The translations under genes and the position numbers were made by a program. The notes beneath the pieces were generated by a model, which was given only the letters and a program-made list of their open reading frames with translations, searched no databases and was not told the origin of the DNA. Below are positions 48,772-62,128 of a stretch of DNA of 64,000 nt, piece by piece (the first letter of the stretch is position 1; each line of letters opens with the position of its first letter). The DNA is from Mobula hypostoma (taxonomy: Eukaryota), in contig NC_086118.1 in the NCBI RefSeq assembly GCF_963921235.1, positions 14,944,001 through 15,008,000 on the forward strand. The letters run 5' to 3'.

Positions 48772-50724
48772 ATAATCACTCCAGCCAGAGCATTAATTTC
48801 CAGGCAACTATCTTTTCTCTTAATATCGTTTGCTTTATGACAAACTTTTTAACAATTATCAAGAAAAACCATTGGGAGCAGCTTGCTATCTCCCTTGCAT
48901 TGTTCTGCAGTATCTATTGAACTCATGTCCCAGCAGGTTACCAAATAACCATGAACTTCTTCAAAGGATGGCCCACAGCTCATTAAAATTCAACAGCAAA
49001 ACAACTTTATATCAAAACTCCAGCTGCACCAGAGTTTCCTAAAAAAAAGAGAAAAGAACTTGCATTTGTAAGTGCCTTACACAGATTCAAAGAGTTTACA
49101 ACCACAGAAGCTCCTCAGCAGCTGTGTGAATTACATATAAAGTAAAGCTGCTACTAGGAGAAAGACCAGATTTGAGGGACTATTTACACATACACCTCAG
49201 CAGACAGTGTCACCTTGGGACAGTTAGCCAGTTCATGAGGTGGTACACTCCAGCAACTGTTTCTGTGTATTCTCCATACATGGGCTCCTCACCCCCAATT
49301 ACAACCCAAATGAAATTCAATTGTGTTTGGCTGTCAAAATTCAGTACATTTGGCTGTCAAACAGTACGTGTGCTTGCAACACTGTGTGTCCGACAGAGTG
49401 ATCAGCAGCACCAGGGCTCCACAGGGGACTGTCTTGTCTCCCTTTCTCTTCACCAGTTAAACCTCAGACTTCAACTACTGCACAGAGTCTTGTCATCTTC
49501 AGAAGTTTTCAGATGACTCTGCCATAGTTGGATGCATCAGCAAGAGAGATGAGGCTGAGTACAGGGCTATGGTAGGAAACTTTGTCACATGGCGTGAGCA
49601 GAATTATCTGCAGTTTAATGTGAAAAAGACTAAGGAGCTGGTGGTAGACCTGAGGAGAGCTAAGGTACCGGCGACCCCTGTTTCCATCCAGGGGGTCAGT
49701 GTGGAGGATTACAAATACCTGGGGATACGAATTGACAATAAACTGGACTGGTCAAAGAACACTGAGGCTGTCTACAAGAAGGGTCAGAGCCGTCTCTATT
49801 TCCTGAGGAGACTGTGGTCCTTGAACATCTGCCAGACAATGCTGAGGATGTTCTACGAGTCTGTGGTGGCCAGTGCTATCATGTTTGCTGTTGTGTGCTG
49901 GGGTAGCAGGCTGAGGGTAGCAGACACCAACAGAATCAACAAACTCATTCGTAAGGCCAGTGATGTTATGGGGATGGAACTGGACTCTCTCATGGTGATG
50001 TCTGAAAAGAGGCTGCTGTCTAAGTTGCATGCCATCTTGGACAATGTCTCCCACCCACTACATAATGTACTGGGTGGGCACAGGAGTACATTCAGCCAGA
50101 GACTCATTCCACCGAGATGCAACACGGAGCGTCATAGGAAGTCATTCCTGCCTGTGGCAATCAAACTTTACAACTCCTCCCTTGGAGGGTCAGACACCCT
50201 GAGCCAATATGCTGGTCCTGGACTTATTTCATAATTTACATATTACTATTTAACTATTTATGGTTCTATTACTATTTATTATTTATGGTGCAACTGTAAC
50301 GAAAACCAATTTCCCCTGGGATCAATAAAGTATGACTATGACTATGAAAATTCATTTATTTATAGAAATAGCCCGTCTTTCCAGCCTATTCCAAGCCACA
50401 ACGACCAAATAACCCACCAACTGGTACATCTTTGGACTATGGGAGGAAACCAGAGAACCCAGAGGAAACCAATGCTGTCAGAGAGAAAGGGAATTGAACC
50501 TAGGTCACTTGTACTGTATGAAGAGTTGTGCTAACCACTATGTTACTGTGGTACCGCTCCATGGTACGACAGAACAATGCAAGGGAGATAACAAGCTGCT
50601 GTTTCCCTATGCATTTCAAGACATTGTTCTCCAATTATTTTTCCCCAATGGTTTCTCTTACTAAATGCTAAAACATTTATCATAAAGCAAAAGATTTTAA
50701 GAGAGTCCTTGCTATAGTGATTAT
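48772..50724. repeat. Unclassified inverted repeat pair (arms 48772-48907 and 50570-50724)
   Basis: 31-bp core 48877-48907 vs 50570-50600 with 1 mismatch; further gapped homology outward. Confidence 0.8.
49344..50346 (+). mobile_element. Rex1/Babar LINE, 5'-truncated, young subfamily
   Basis: 221-aa RT C-terminal ORF 49569-50234 (KTKELVVDLRR, YKYLG, SRLYFLRRL); (TATGAC)n tail; TSD AAAATTCA 49336-49343 / 50347-50354. Confidence 0.9.
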
Positions 50725-52154
50725 GGCTCAACCTACTTAGGGAAGCTAACATGCATCACAAATTTCCTCTGCAAATCCTTAAAAAGTTAATTTTTTTAAA
50801 AAAACACAAGAGATTTAGCAGATGCTGGAAATGTGTGTCTGGCTCAATTTTTAAAACCACATTTTAGCCACTGCACACATCGTTAATTCTTCCTGCACCC
50901 TATAAAGTGTTCCTTTATATAAAACTAATATTACAGGGAAATGAATCTTAATGGAATAGCTTTGAGACCATTTTGTAAGATACACAAAGCACAACTTAGA
51001 AGGCAAATGACTTTCTTTTATGCATTATGGAACATTTGTAAGACTCTTCCTCTCACTCTTCTAATTTATTTGAACTGAGGATAATAGATTCAAATTATTT
51101 GTGTTATTGATGTGTTAGTTAATGCTGCTCCTGGAGGTCACAATTAATCAAAGGAATTTTACACTAACAGTTTTACGGAAGTCACCACATGTTCCGTGTA
51201 GCAGCATGCTATACATTCCTTATGTGCCATTCCCTCCCTTGGAGGCTTGTTTGATGAGGAGGCATCGATTTAGTGAATAGTAATTAGCCATGTTTCGAAC
51301 TGAAACCATCATTCACAGTTTCTCATTACACAACCACAAAGGACTACAATCTGATACGGCCCAAGGGCTTCTTTCAGTGATCCAGAGAAACCACAAGCCG
51401 CAAATGCAGGCTATGGAAAGAACAGTACAAGGCCCTGAATACACAGCTCATCGTACAAATCTTTAGAACAGCAGAATTTATCCTCCCAACCCACTTCCAG
51501 GTTGAAGTTTACATTTGTTTCTAATTTTCACTCTATATTAAAGCCTTCAGTGTAATCTTTAAAAGGATATTTCATCTTGTGTTTAAATTTCGTTAAACAC
51601 ATTTAACAAGATAACTAGCTCATCCTTGAATCATCCACATCTTAATGGAATCTGTGTTCTCGCATTTTAACACCTGCTTTTTCCTATTGCACATGAAGTC
51701 ATATTGCTGACATGTTTTAGCCATACTGCTTCAAAGAACAATGTACCGTCACCATGAGCTCATGCACACAGCAAGCTCACTGACAGTTCCCTCAGGATAT
51801 TACAAGACCCACTGCATTCAGTTTCATCACTGAAAAATCTAGATGTAAATGTTATTTTACCTCTGCTCTTCTTTAGGCCTTAAACAATACATAAGGAAAA
51901 TGGATATGAGCTGTACTACGCAACAACAGCAGGTTACATTAAAACTGGCTTCCTGAAACCAAAGAACATGAACATCAAGCAGTGGTGAAAAGAATTTATA
52001 AAGCTGTACTATTGAAAAGGCATGATCCCCATTCTTTTATGTGAGCAATTTTAAGCTTAAAAACTGTCCAAATTAGAAGGTGCCTGAAATCTCAGCATTT
52101 TGGGGAAATGTTGCACATTTGGGAGAGACGACTGGCTAGTTCACTGCTCCTTTG

Positions 52155-54450
52155 AAGTTTCAAAGTTCAATGTAAATTTATTATCGAAGTACATTCATGT
52201 TACTTTGAGATTCGGTATTTTGTGGACATTCACAGTAAATATAAAGTAGTACACAAGATTCAGTGAAAAACTACAGAGTAATGGACAAACACCAATATAC
52301 AAAAGGCATACTGTGTAAGTACAAAAAAAGCAGATAAGTAATAAATAATACTAAGAACATAAGTTGTAGAGCCCTTGAAAGTGAGTCCATAGTTTGGGGA
52401 ATAACTTCAATGTTGAGGTGAGTGAAGTTTTACACTCTGGTTCAGGAGCCTGATGGTTGAAGGGCTTTAACTTTTGCAGAACCTGGTTCAGGACCCAAGG
52501 CTCCTGTACCTCCTTCCCAATGGCAGCAGCGAGGAAAGAGCACGGCCTGAATAGTGGGGGACCTTGAGGATGGATGCTGCTCGTAATAGATGTGCTCAGT
52601 TGTGGGAAGGGCTTTTCCCGTGATGGACTGGGCTTTAGCCATTACTTTTTGTCAACTTCTCCATTCATGGGTTTTGGTGCTTCCACACCAGACTGTAAAG
52701 TAACCAGCCCAAATACGCTCTACCGCGCACATATAGAAGCTTGTCCAAATTTTAGATAACGTGCCAAATATGCTCAAACTTCTAAGAAAGTAGAGATTCT
52801 GTCTTTGTAACGGCACTTACACAGTAGTCCCAGGACAGATCCTCCGAAATGGTAACACCAAGGAATTTAAAGTTACTAACCCTCTTCACTTCCAATCCCC
52901 TGATAGAAACATAGAATACCTACAGCACAATACAGGCCCATTGGCCCACAATGCTATGCCGAACATGTACTTACTTTAGAAATTACCTCGAGTTACCCAT
53001 AACCTTCTATATTTCTAAGCTCCATGTACCTATCCAGGAGCCTCTTAAAAGACCCTATCATGTCCACCTCCACCACCATCGCTAGCAGCCCATTCCACTC
53101 TCTGCATAAAAAGACTTACCCCTGACATCTCCTCTGTACCTGCTTCCAAGCACCTTAAACCTGTGCCCTCTCCTGTTAACCATTTCAGCCCTGGGAAAAA
53201 GCCTCTGACTATCCACACGATCAATGCCTCTCATCATCTTATACACCTCTGTCAGGTCACCTCTCATCGGCCATCACTCCAAGGAAAAAAGGCTGAGTTC
53301 ACTCAACCTATTCTCATAAGGAATGCTCCCCAATCCAGGCAACATCCTTGTAAATCTCCTCTGCACCCTTTCTATAGTTTCCACATCCTTACTATATTGA
53401 GGTGACCAGAACTGAGCACAGTACTCCAAGTGGGGTCTGACCAGGGTCCTATAAAGCAGTAACATTACCTCTCAGCTCTTAAACGCAATCCCACAGTTGA
53501 TGAAGGCCAATGCACCGTATGCTTCTTAACCACAGAGTCAACCTGCACAGCAGCTGTGAGTGTCCTATGGACTCGGACTCCAAGATCCCTCTGATCCTCC
53601 ACACTGCCAAGACTCTCAGCATTAATGCTATATTCTGCCATCATATTTGACCTACCAAAATGAACCACCTCACACTTATCTGGGTTGAATTCCATCTGCC
53701 ACTTCTCAGCCCAGTTTTGCATCCTATCAATGTCCCACTGTAACCTCTGACAGCCCTCCACACTATCCACAACACCTCCAACCTTTGTGTCATCAGCAAA
53801 TTTACTAACCCATCCCTCCGCTTCCTCATTGAGGCCATTTATAAAAATCACGAAGAGAAGGGGTCCCAGAACAGATTCCTGAGGCACACCACTGGTCACT
53901 GACCTCTATGCTGAGTATGACCCATCTACAACCACTCTCTGCCTTCTGTGGGCAAGCCAGTTCTGGATCACAACGCAAGGTCCCCTTGGATCCCGTGTCT
54001 CCTTACTTTCTCAATAAGCCTTGCATGGGATACTTGATAAGCCTGATGAAGACTGGCTCAAGGACTTCCGGTTCTCTCCTCCTGTAGCCAATAAGCAGCT
54101 CTTTGGTTTTGCTGACGTTGAGTGAGAGGTTGTTGCTGTGGCACCATTCAGGCAGATGTTCAGTCCCCACCTTTATGCCAATTCATCACCATCTTTGATT
54201 CGGCAAACAATGATGGTGTTGTCAGCAAATTTGAATGTGGCATTGGAACTGTACTTAACCTTACCGTCATAAGTATAAGGTGAGCTAAGTTCACAGCCTG
54301 ATGGTGCATCTGTGCTCATGGTGATTGTGGAGGAGATGCTGTTGCCAATACGATCAAACTTGGGTCTGCAAGTGAGGAAATCGAGGATCCAGTTGCACAA
54401 GGATGTATCGAGGTCTAGGCCTTGGAGCTTATTAATTAGTTTTGATGAAT
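52155..54450 (-). mobile_element. Rex1/Babar LINE fragment interrupted by CR1
   Basis: [17 protein letters not shown] (54173-54466); KALPTTEHIY (52442-52642). Confidence 0.75.
52905..54041 (-). mobile_element. CR1 LINE RT/3' fragment
   Basis: SGVPQESVLGPLLFVIFIN, KFADDTKVGG, RPHLEYCAQFWSP; candidate TSD CCTGAT 52899-52904 / 54042-54047. Confidence 0.9.
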
Positions 54451-57400
54451 AATTGGACAGGTTCACACACAGTCACTGTCCAATCACAAAGTAAACTGTG
54501 TGGTGAATTGAGGAGGTCATATGTGTGCTTCCTAGGTGAACCTGTTCACATAGAAAGAAGAGCATTACATTTTTTCTGGTCTGACGGCTTAAAAAATTAT
54601 AGTTTGGAATTGTAAATATACAAGTTAAAGAAAACTTGTATATGATAGTTTATAATAGATTTTACAGTTTAGTATAAAATAAAAAAAACATAATTTTATA
54701 GCATATTATCCTCAAGGTATACACATAAAAGCCCTTGAGTCAATACTACAGTGTGGTATTTTCCACCTGTAAAAGTGGTCATGCAACTGCTGGATTGTAA
54801 ATGTCTCACTCATGTCTTTCAAAGAAAAGCTTCCATCCTTCCCAGTACAATGGACATGACTCAAAAGCTGTCTGCATTCTTTTGATCAGCCTACATTCTT
54901 AAATCTTACAGTCAACTCAAGCAACAGGAAGACCAACGCAAACTCTAAGCACTTTTACCTTCTCCTCCACCAGCACGCTGACGTTCACTGCTAAAATACA
55001 AGTTAGTACTAGACCATCTTCTTGTGGCAGAGGTGTGCAATGTTTTTGACAGAAATGAATGGCTTGCTGGGTCACATGGCCCTGCAGTTATCAAGCAAAC
55101 AAATTAATGCCAGTCAAGATTCGCAACTATGCATGCAGATGCTGGAATCTGGAGCAACAAGCAATCTGTTGGAAGAACTTAGTGGTCCAAGCTGCACCTG
55201 TAGAAGGAAAGGAATTGCTGAAGCTTCAGATCAAAGCAGTACATCAAGACTAATAGTGACTTGATGATGAAGGTAGATTTCCTTCATAAAGGACTTTTAG
55301 AAAATATGACTTGGTGAATCTCAAGCCAATCTAGCTGACCAAACAGAACATCGCCCAATAATTTATATTTCCTCTAGTAAACAACATCAGCATTCTATTT
55401 CTTAAGATTTTATGAACTGCTACTTAATTCATTCTTTTTCCATGGTCAAGAGATTTAGTATTATAATTATAAAGCAGAATTAATTTCTCAATCCTATTTT
55501 GATGTCTTTCACATTAACCTTGCAAGCTAGAGTGAAATCCTTGTTCTTATGTGGTACAGTCTATGAAAGTAGATCCCCATTTCTTGTCCCCACACCTTGA
55601 ACTTCTTTTTCATTTCCTAAGTGAATATACGTTGTTTCCAGTTGCCCTTTTTTGGCTCTTGGGTCTGTCCAGCACTCACAGGTTTAGGCAACAAGCCCTT
55701 GTGGGGTCTATCCATCTGACAGGCTTCTTCACTTCTAAGGATATGTTTGTATCCATTTGTGAAGAGCAACTGATGTCCCATTGGTGGGCTTGGGGCAAGC
55801 ACTGCAGGGTGAGTACATCTTAAACAGCTAGACTCTGTTTTAAATTACTTTTACATTTCTTTCTGAAACAAAATTATCATGACTAAAAACTAAAGAAAAA
55901 TAGACTACTCTGTTAATCACATAGCATGTACGATCATGAATCTAGTTCTTCTGGACGAGAGTTCAGAAGTTGACATTTATCCTGACTGGTCAATCTCTAT
56001 GCTTTCGGCAATCACTTCACTGTAACCTTGTTAGAGGAAAACATTACAGAGTTATAGTGCTTAAAAAAATGTCTAAATAAAAAATACTATATTTCTACCC
56101 CAGAAGGAATGAAGAAATCTGTTTAAAATTTAATATAAATTCATCAGCAACCTTAATGAAAATAACATTTCAGCTGTTTTAGTTAAACATTTTAGGTTGT
56201 TAGATAGCTGCATGTGATAACCCTGTACTGTGCAAACCTTTAAGGAATAAAAAATAAACCAGTCACTGCCCATAGCTTCCTAATTGTTGAATGAACTTAA
56301 GTAAATAGTTCTGAATCTGGAGTTATCTGCAATTTACTCTTCATAATTAACAAGATCACTGGGGAGAATGAGAATAATGAATATTTCTTTTAAGTTCAAA
56401 CTTTTCAATTTGACAATAGGTAAGGACTTTACAAATAAAAGGTGTTATGGCTAATTCTTGCAGGTTTTTTTCTATAATTATCACAGCAGTAGGCAGCAAT
56501 TCCTGGAGGGCCTGTTGGCTTATTCAGATGAGGTAACCTTGACATGGGTGAGTGCTCTGGTACTGTGCTTAACCTCGGTTAAACGGGGTAAAGGGAAGGG
56601 GTGTAGAAGGTGGGGAGACTAAAGCAGTCAGCTTTACTATGCTTGGTTATCATTGAGCGTCCTACTAAACTGGATGCTTGTGAAAGAATTAAAAAACAAA
56701 TTGAGTTTAGAAGGGACCATTGCTCACACAGTCCTTTGTCATCTACTGTCACATATTTTAAAACAATAGACACTTTAAATATTAACTGATAGCTTTTATA
56801 CCAGCAAGAATAAGTAGGTTCAAGGTGAAAAGCAAAGGATCATTTGGATTTATAGGATGCTGAGTTCACCTCTGAAAAGCACCACCTGAACCATGCCCTC
56901 TTCTTAATGTGCTTTCAGGCAGCAGGTACAGGGAAGAAGGTTCAAAGGTTCATTTTACTGCCAAAGTATGCCTGTACAATACACCTCTGATATTTGTCCG
57001 TTCCAGATAGCTATTAAATACAGAAAGAACATGGGTGATGATGGAAGAAAAGACATCAAGTTTCCCTGCCTCGCATGAGAAAGGGATGGAGCCTGGAGAC
57101 CTTCACCTTAAGGTTCAATACCAGTTTCTTCCTTCCTCATTGCCATCAGGTTCCTGGAACAACCTCAGTCTTCAGTACTACCTCAGACAATTTCTCTCTC
57201 AGTCTTATTGTTCACTTCCCACACGTTCAAGTATCACTTATGTTAGTTTAAGTATCTGTTAACTTATTAACATTGATGACAGTGACCTTGAACTCTTGGG
57301 CAAATGAAATAACCATGTGCATCCAATAACATCTATCACAATGGAATTGAGGCTCTGGTGGTGCAAACTTGCCAGAGATCTCAGCAGGAATGAAAAAGCA

Positions 57401-57489
57401 AAAAAAAATCCATTGAGATGCAGTTGTCCCTTTACTCATTCAGCTCAGAAACACAAAACCCTGGAATAACATCAGTATGTAATTTTACA

Positions 57490-58020
57490 CAGTGGTGTCT
57501 CAATTAGGAGTACTCCGACCTTGGAGCTGAATGACTGGATTCAAGTCTCACTCAACGTCAGCTCAGCAATCTAGGCTAATGTTCCAGTGTTATTCTGAGC
57601 GGTGCGGTGATATCAAAGTTGACATCTTTTGGACGAGATATTAAACCAAGGCATGATCTGCTCTCAGAATAATTAATAAATGGTCCAATGACACAAGTAT
57701 AAAGAGCAGAGCAGTTATTCTCGGCCTCCTGGTCATTACTTATCTCAGGTGGTTGATGGTTGTGTTGAGCTGTTCTCCAACCTTGGCACTTCACTTGCAA
57801 ACATCTCGTCACCATGTGAAGAGACATCGTCAGTGATTTGTTAATTGAGGAACAATCAATAACGCACCAATGATGTCTCCTCACATGGCAATGAAACGTT
57901 TGCAAATAAATTGCCAACTTCGGAGAACAACTCAACCCAACTTTACTTATGCCATTAATGTAAAGTATCTGATCATTATTTCACTGCTGCTTGTGGAAAC
58001 TTTGCAAAGCATGCTTACAG
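57490..58020 (+). mobile_element. Deu-domain SINE (SacSINE1/AmnSINE-like), degenerate, interrupted by a palindromic insertion
   Basis: TCTTTTGGACGAGATATTAAACCAAGGC...CTCTCAG resembles the Deu core; resumes ATCTGATCATTATTTCACTGCTGCTTGTGG; similar remnants at ~17960-18070 (-) and ~33040-33215 (+). Confidence 0.55.
57744..57942. mobile_element. Palindromic miniature insertion of a second PLE-like family with a hammerhead motif in each arm
   Basis: Arms ~57759-57847 / 57853-57941; TSD TTACTTAT 57736-57743 / 57943-57950; minus arm CA-CTGACGA-TGTC...GAC-GAGA-TGTT-TGC, plus arm GCA-CCAATGA-TGTC...AAT-GAAA-CGTT-TGC. Confidence 0.7.
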
Positions 58021-58884
58021 CCAACAAAGTGCAAGGGGATAGAGAAGACCGCATGAACTAACGTGGTTCCTTTTCGCTAATCCTTCTAGTGTGGTTATTG
58101 AGAGTTAGTTGTGCTGCTTAAAATATTTTTTTTAAAGTATATTTTTAAAGAATCTGTAAAGTTCATCCATTCCATCCCTTCAGGTGACCTTGAAGTAAAC
58201 AGAACCAGGAGTTATTTTCTTCAGAAGGAGAAGAAAAGAGGGAAAAAAATTGAAATCAAACATCAAGACTTCATTGAGGCCGAGAATCAACAATACGATT
58301 TAATCTGGATATAACAAAACAATCAAATTTAATATCTGCAGATGGTTCGCTGTTTTAAACATTAGTATATACAATCGCAAGGTAATTGGGGGAAAGTTAG
58401 TACAAAATCCATCTCCCAAAGGAGTGAGTAACATGGCCCACTTATATGATGAGGTGCTGGAATAGCTGCATGCACCAGTAATCTGTAAAAGCACTGCTCA
58501 GTTTCTAAGGCAATAATGGTTGCTTTCAAAATCATCATTTTTTTGATTCATTCGAATTCTGAAATAGAGGAGCTCCTGGCTATGGCTCAGTCGACTGATG
58601 TTTTCCTGCCATTTCATGACTCTTTGAAGACCACAATAAATAGAATTGCTCAAAATTCATCAACCATTAGCAAATCAAGTAGCAAATGAGGTATCCAAGC
58701 TTGTTACCACAGTAACAAATACTTTGTATAGAGAACTGAAACTTAGCATTCTGCATCTCCGCTGCGGAAATTGCTAAAATGTAGGGCATTGTTACTAACA
58801 GAGGCCAAACACTGAGGTTAGAGCAAGACGCATCAACACAGCTTCCTACAGTAGACAGATAATATCACAGCAAACAAATCCTCA

Positions 58885-59345
58885 GCAGCACACACAAAAT
58901 GCTGGAGGAACTCAGCTGCCCAGGCAGTATCTACAGAAGAGAGTACAGTCAACACTTTGCACCGGGCCCCTTCATCAGGACTCGAGAAAAAGAAAGATCA
59001 GGAGTCAGAGTAAGAAAGTGGAGGGAAGGAAGGAAGAGCCACCAGGTAATAGGAGAAACCAGGAAAGCGGGAGGGTGAAGTAAAGAGCGGGAAAGTTGAT
59101 TAATGAAAGAGATACAGGGCTGGAGAAGGGGGAATCTAATAGGGGAGGACCGAAGGCCGTGGAAGAAAGAAAGGTGGAACAGCACCAGAGGGAGGTGATA
59201 GACAGGTAAGGAGATAAGGTGAGGGGGGAAATGGGAATGGAGAATGGTGGAGAAGGGCAAGAAATTGATGTTCATGCCATCAGTTTGGAGGATACCCAAC
59301 CAGAATATAAGGTGTTTCTCCTCCAACCAGAGTGTGGCCTCCCTC
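58885..59345 (-). mobile_element. PLE 3' fragment (GIY-YIG C-terminus, 3'UTR, decayed hammerhead 58947-58982)
   Basis: EATLWLEEKHLIFWLGILQTDGMNINF; AGTCCTGATGAAGGGGCCCGGTGCAAAGTGTTGACT. Confidence 0.8.
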
Positions 59346-59935
59346 TGAACGCCAGTGTGATTATATTTAAAGGCTTTGACAAGAACTAACAGCAACATTC
59401 TTCTGAATTCATTAGAAAGTGGACACAGTCTTTTTGTGTGCTAAATGATCAGTTTAAGTCAAGATCAAAGCACCACACTGAACAATGCTCACTTTAAATA
59501 GTCATCAAAAGTAATTTAATTAATGACAGAGCGTTGGAATCCCTGAAATTTCTGAATTACCATAACGTACCCCATGTTACTTCATTAGAAATGTCGTCTC
59601 TTACAGGAAAGCACAGTAGGGATTGAAATCCATTCCTTCCCTGTGCTTGGGCAGACAGGTGAGATCAATTACCACAAACTTTCCAACAGGAATGATAAAA
59701 GGTGCCAAAGGTAATTATTATATCAAAGTTTAATTTGCTTCTAGTACACTCTGAATTAAAATGCTACCCTGCTGTCATTCACATCTCCATTTTTGACACC
59801 GACCATAAGAGAGGCAGGCTGTGAATAGCCAAGCTCACCAGAAAGGTGAGAATATGGGTAGCCTGAGCTCTTCAACCACTTGGTTACTTCATTGCGCTAG
59901 AGTGGCCCGTTGCATGATATTTTTATGTGACCATA

Positions 59936-60240
59936 GCAACACACATAAAATACTGAAGGAACTCAGCAGGTCAGGCAGCGTGTACATAGGGGAATAAACA
60001 GTCGACCTCCTGGGCCAGGACCCTTCATCAGGACTGGAAAGGGAGGGGGAAGAAGCCAGAATAAGAAAGGGAAGTGGAAGGAGTACAAGCTGGCTGGTGA
60101 TAGGTGAAACTAGGTGAGGGGGAAGGCGGGTAAGTGGGGAAGGGGGGAGGAACTGAGAAGTCGTGCACGATAGACAGAAAGGTAAAGTAGGAATCTGACA
60201 GGAGGAGAATGGACCATGGAGAAAGGGAAGGAGGTACATG
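59936..60240 (-). mobile_element. PLE 3' terminal fragment with decayed hammerhead 60000-60035
   Basis: Minus strand AGTC-CTGATGA-AGGGTCCTGGCCC-AGGA-GGTC-GACT (GAAA lost). Confidence 0.75.
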
Positions 60241-61202
60241 ATCCATACCCATTTGAAATAGGTGAATCAAATTGTTTAAGAGTTCATTTGACACAGCCCA
60301 TAAACAAATCCCTTATGATGAAATAAATCATTAATATTATTTGCTTTATCCATATTATGAAACTGGAAATGTATATGCTCAATGGTTTGATTCAAATTGT
60401 CCCCCTAAGTTCAAAATTATCAGGAACACTGCACCTCAGGAATGAAGAATTGGACAGCACTGCAGTTCTTTGATTTGGAAGTAGAACTTGCTAAACTTCA
60501 AATAAAAACAGATTGTAGAACTACAAATTGTTGATGTCATCACAGACTCCAGCCCTATTACTTCATCCTATTTATCATCTGAAATTCTTAAATAGTGCAA
60601 GACTCCCAAATATTTGCCCGTTCTTATGTCTCACTGTTCAGGTCAGGTCTGCTATGCTCACAGACATCTCCCAAATATTTGCTTTCACCTCCTGATCAAA
60701 TAGTTTTTAAAAAGCCTGGCTCTGGAAAAGTTCAGTACATGTTGGCTCTCCTTTAAAATTAACAATCAAGTTTGATGCATGGTATTGAATACAAATGGAA
60801 ATGATAAATATTTTAGAGGTTTAATTGATATGTAGTCAACAAGTGCTGTAGAACTCAGATTGTGGGAAATGAATGATTAGTTGTTTGAACCAAGGAATGT
60901 GCACGTTCCAAAATGATTAGTGGTCTGCAAAAAAAAAACACATCCAGTATCCAAATAAACAGGTTATACAGGCCGCCCAACAATCACTTAAATTGTTTGC
61001 AGAAGGCCAGTAATTTTATGGAAAAAAATGGCCACAGAAAGAGAACTAAATTCCTTTTCACTTTATTTAGATTGCAGCCTCATGAGGAATAGAAAGACAC
61101 TTGCAGGATACATTAAAAATTATATTTTATTGAGTATGTACTCTATTGTCCAACTTCACAAAGCAAAAGATGTTTTCTACAAATTATGTTTCAGGACAAC
61201 TA

Positions 61203-62128
61203 CATAGTCAACAAAGATTTCACTTCCTGACTACTTTTGAGTGTATCCTATAGATTTTGGGCTGCAGATCATGAAAATCACCATCAAATTTCCCTATCAC
61301 ACACCATTTTTAGATAATTGCCCATATTTGTTATTTCGATTCATAATTCAAGTCAGAATAATTGATGCTAAGATTAAGGAAGGCATTTTTATTGGTCCAC
61401 AAATCAAACAGGTCGTCAATGACAGGCAATTTGAAGCACTTCTAGTGGGACCAGAGAAAAATCGTATGGTAGGCATTCAAGGATGTTGTTGAAAATTTAC
61501 TTGGTAACTACAGAGCACCAAGCCATGTGCAGCTGGTTGACAACATGCTTCAAGCATACAAAACCATGAAGTGCAACAAGGCTCTCAGCCCAAGACATTG
61601 ACTGTGCTCTTTTCCATAGATGCTGCCTAACCTGCTGAGTTCCTCCAGCATTTTGTGCGTGCTGCTTGGATTTCCAGCATCTGCAAATTTTCTCTTGTTT
61701 GTGACTAAAGAACCATTTTTTACATTCCCATTTAAACTTCTTCCCTGCAAACCTTGACACTGTTAGTGACGAGCATGGTGAAAGGTTTCACCAGGACATT
61801 GCAGTCATGGACAAACAGTATCAAGACAACTGGAATCCATCAACGATGACTGATTATTATTGGACACTTAAGCAAGAAGCCTCAGACACTGAGTACAAAT
61901 GAAAATCATCAACAAAACTTATGTTCAGCTCAGTTGAACTATTAGAAAGCATCAGGACCGTTATGCAATTAAATACATTATAATTCAATAAAAGTTAATT
62001 TCTTGTTTCTCCAAATTCCTACGTGATACTCGTAGTCTGAAATTATATTTGTGTTCAGCTTTTAGCAGTCTATCATAAACAAAAAAATACTTGAGGAAGC
62101 AACACTCGAAAAAATTTGTTATCCAGTG
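61203..62128 (+). mobile_element. Probable Chapaev3 (CMC superfamily) DNA transposon, internally deleted; PLE fragment inserted at 61579-61699
   Basis: 3-bp TSD CTA (61200-61202, 62129-62131); termini CATAG.../...CCAGTG; transposase remnant AKIKEGIFIGPQIK ... HFLHSHLNFFPANLDTVSDEHGERFHQDI. Confidence 0.7.

Noticed and set aside
55551..55823. ORFs with GTGAGT donor-like sites on both strands
   Set aside because: No recognisable protein similarity; cannot be distinguished from chance
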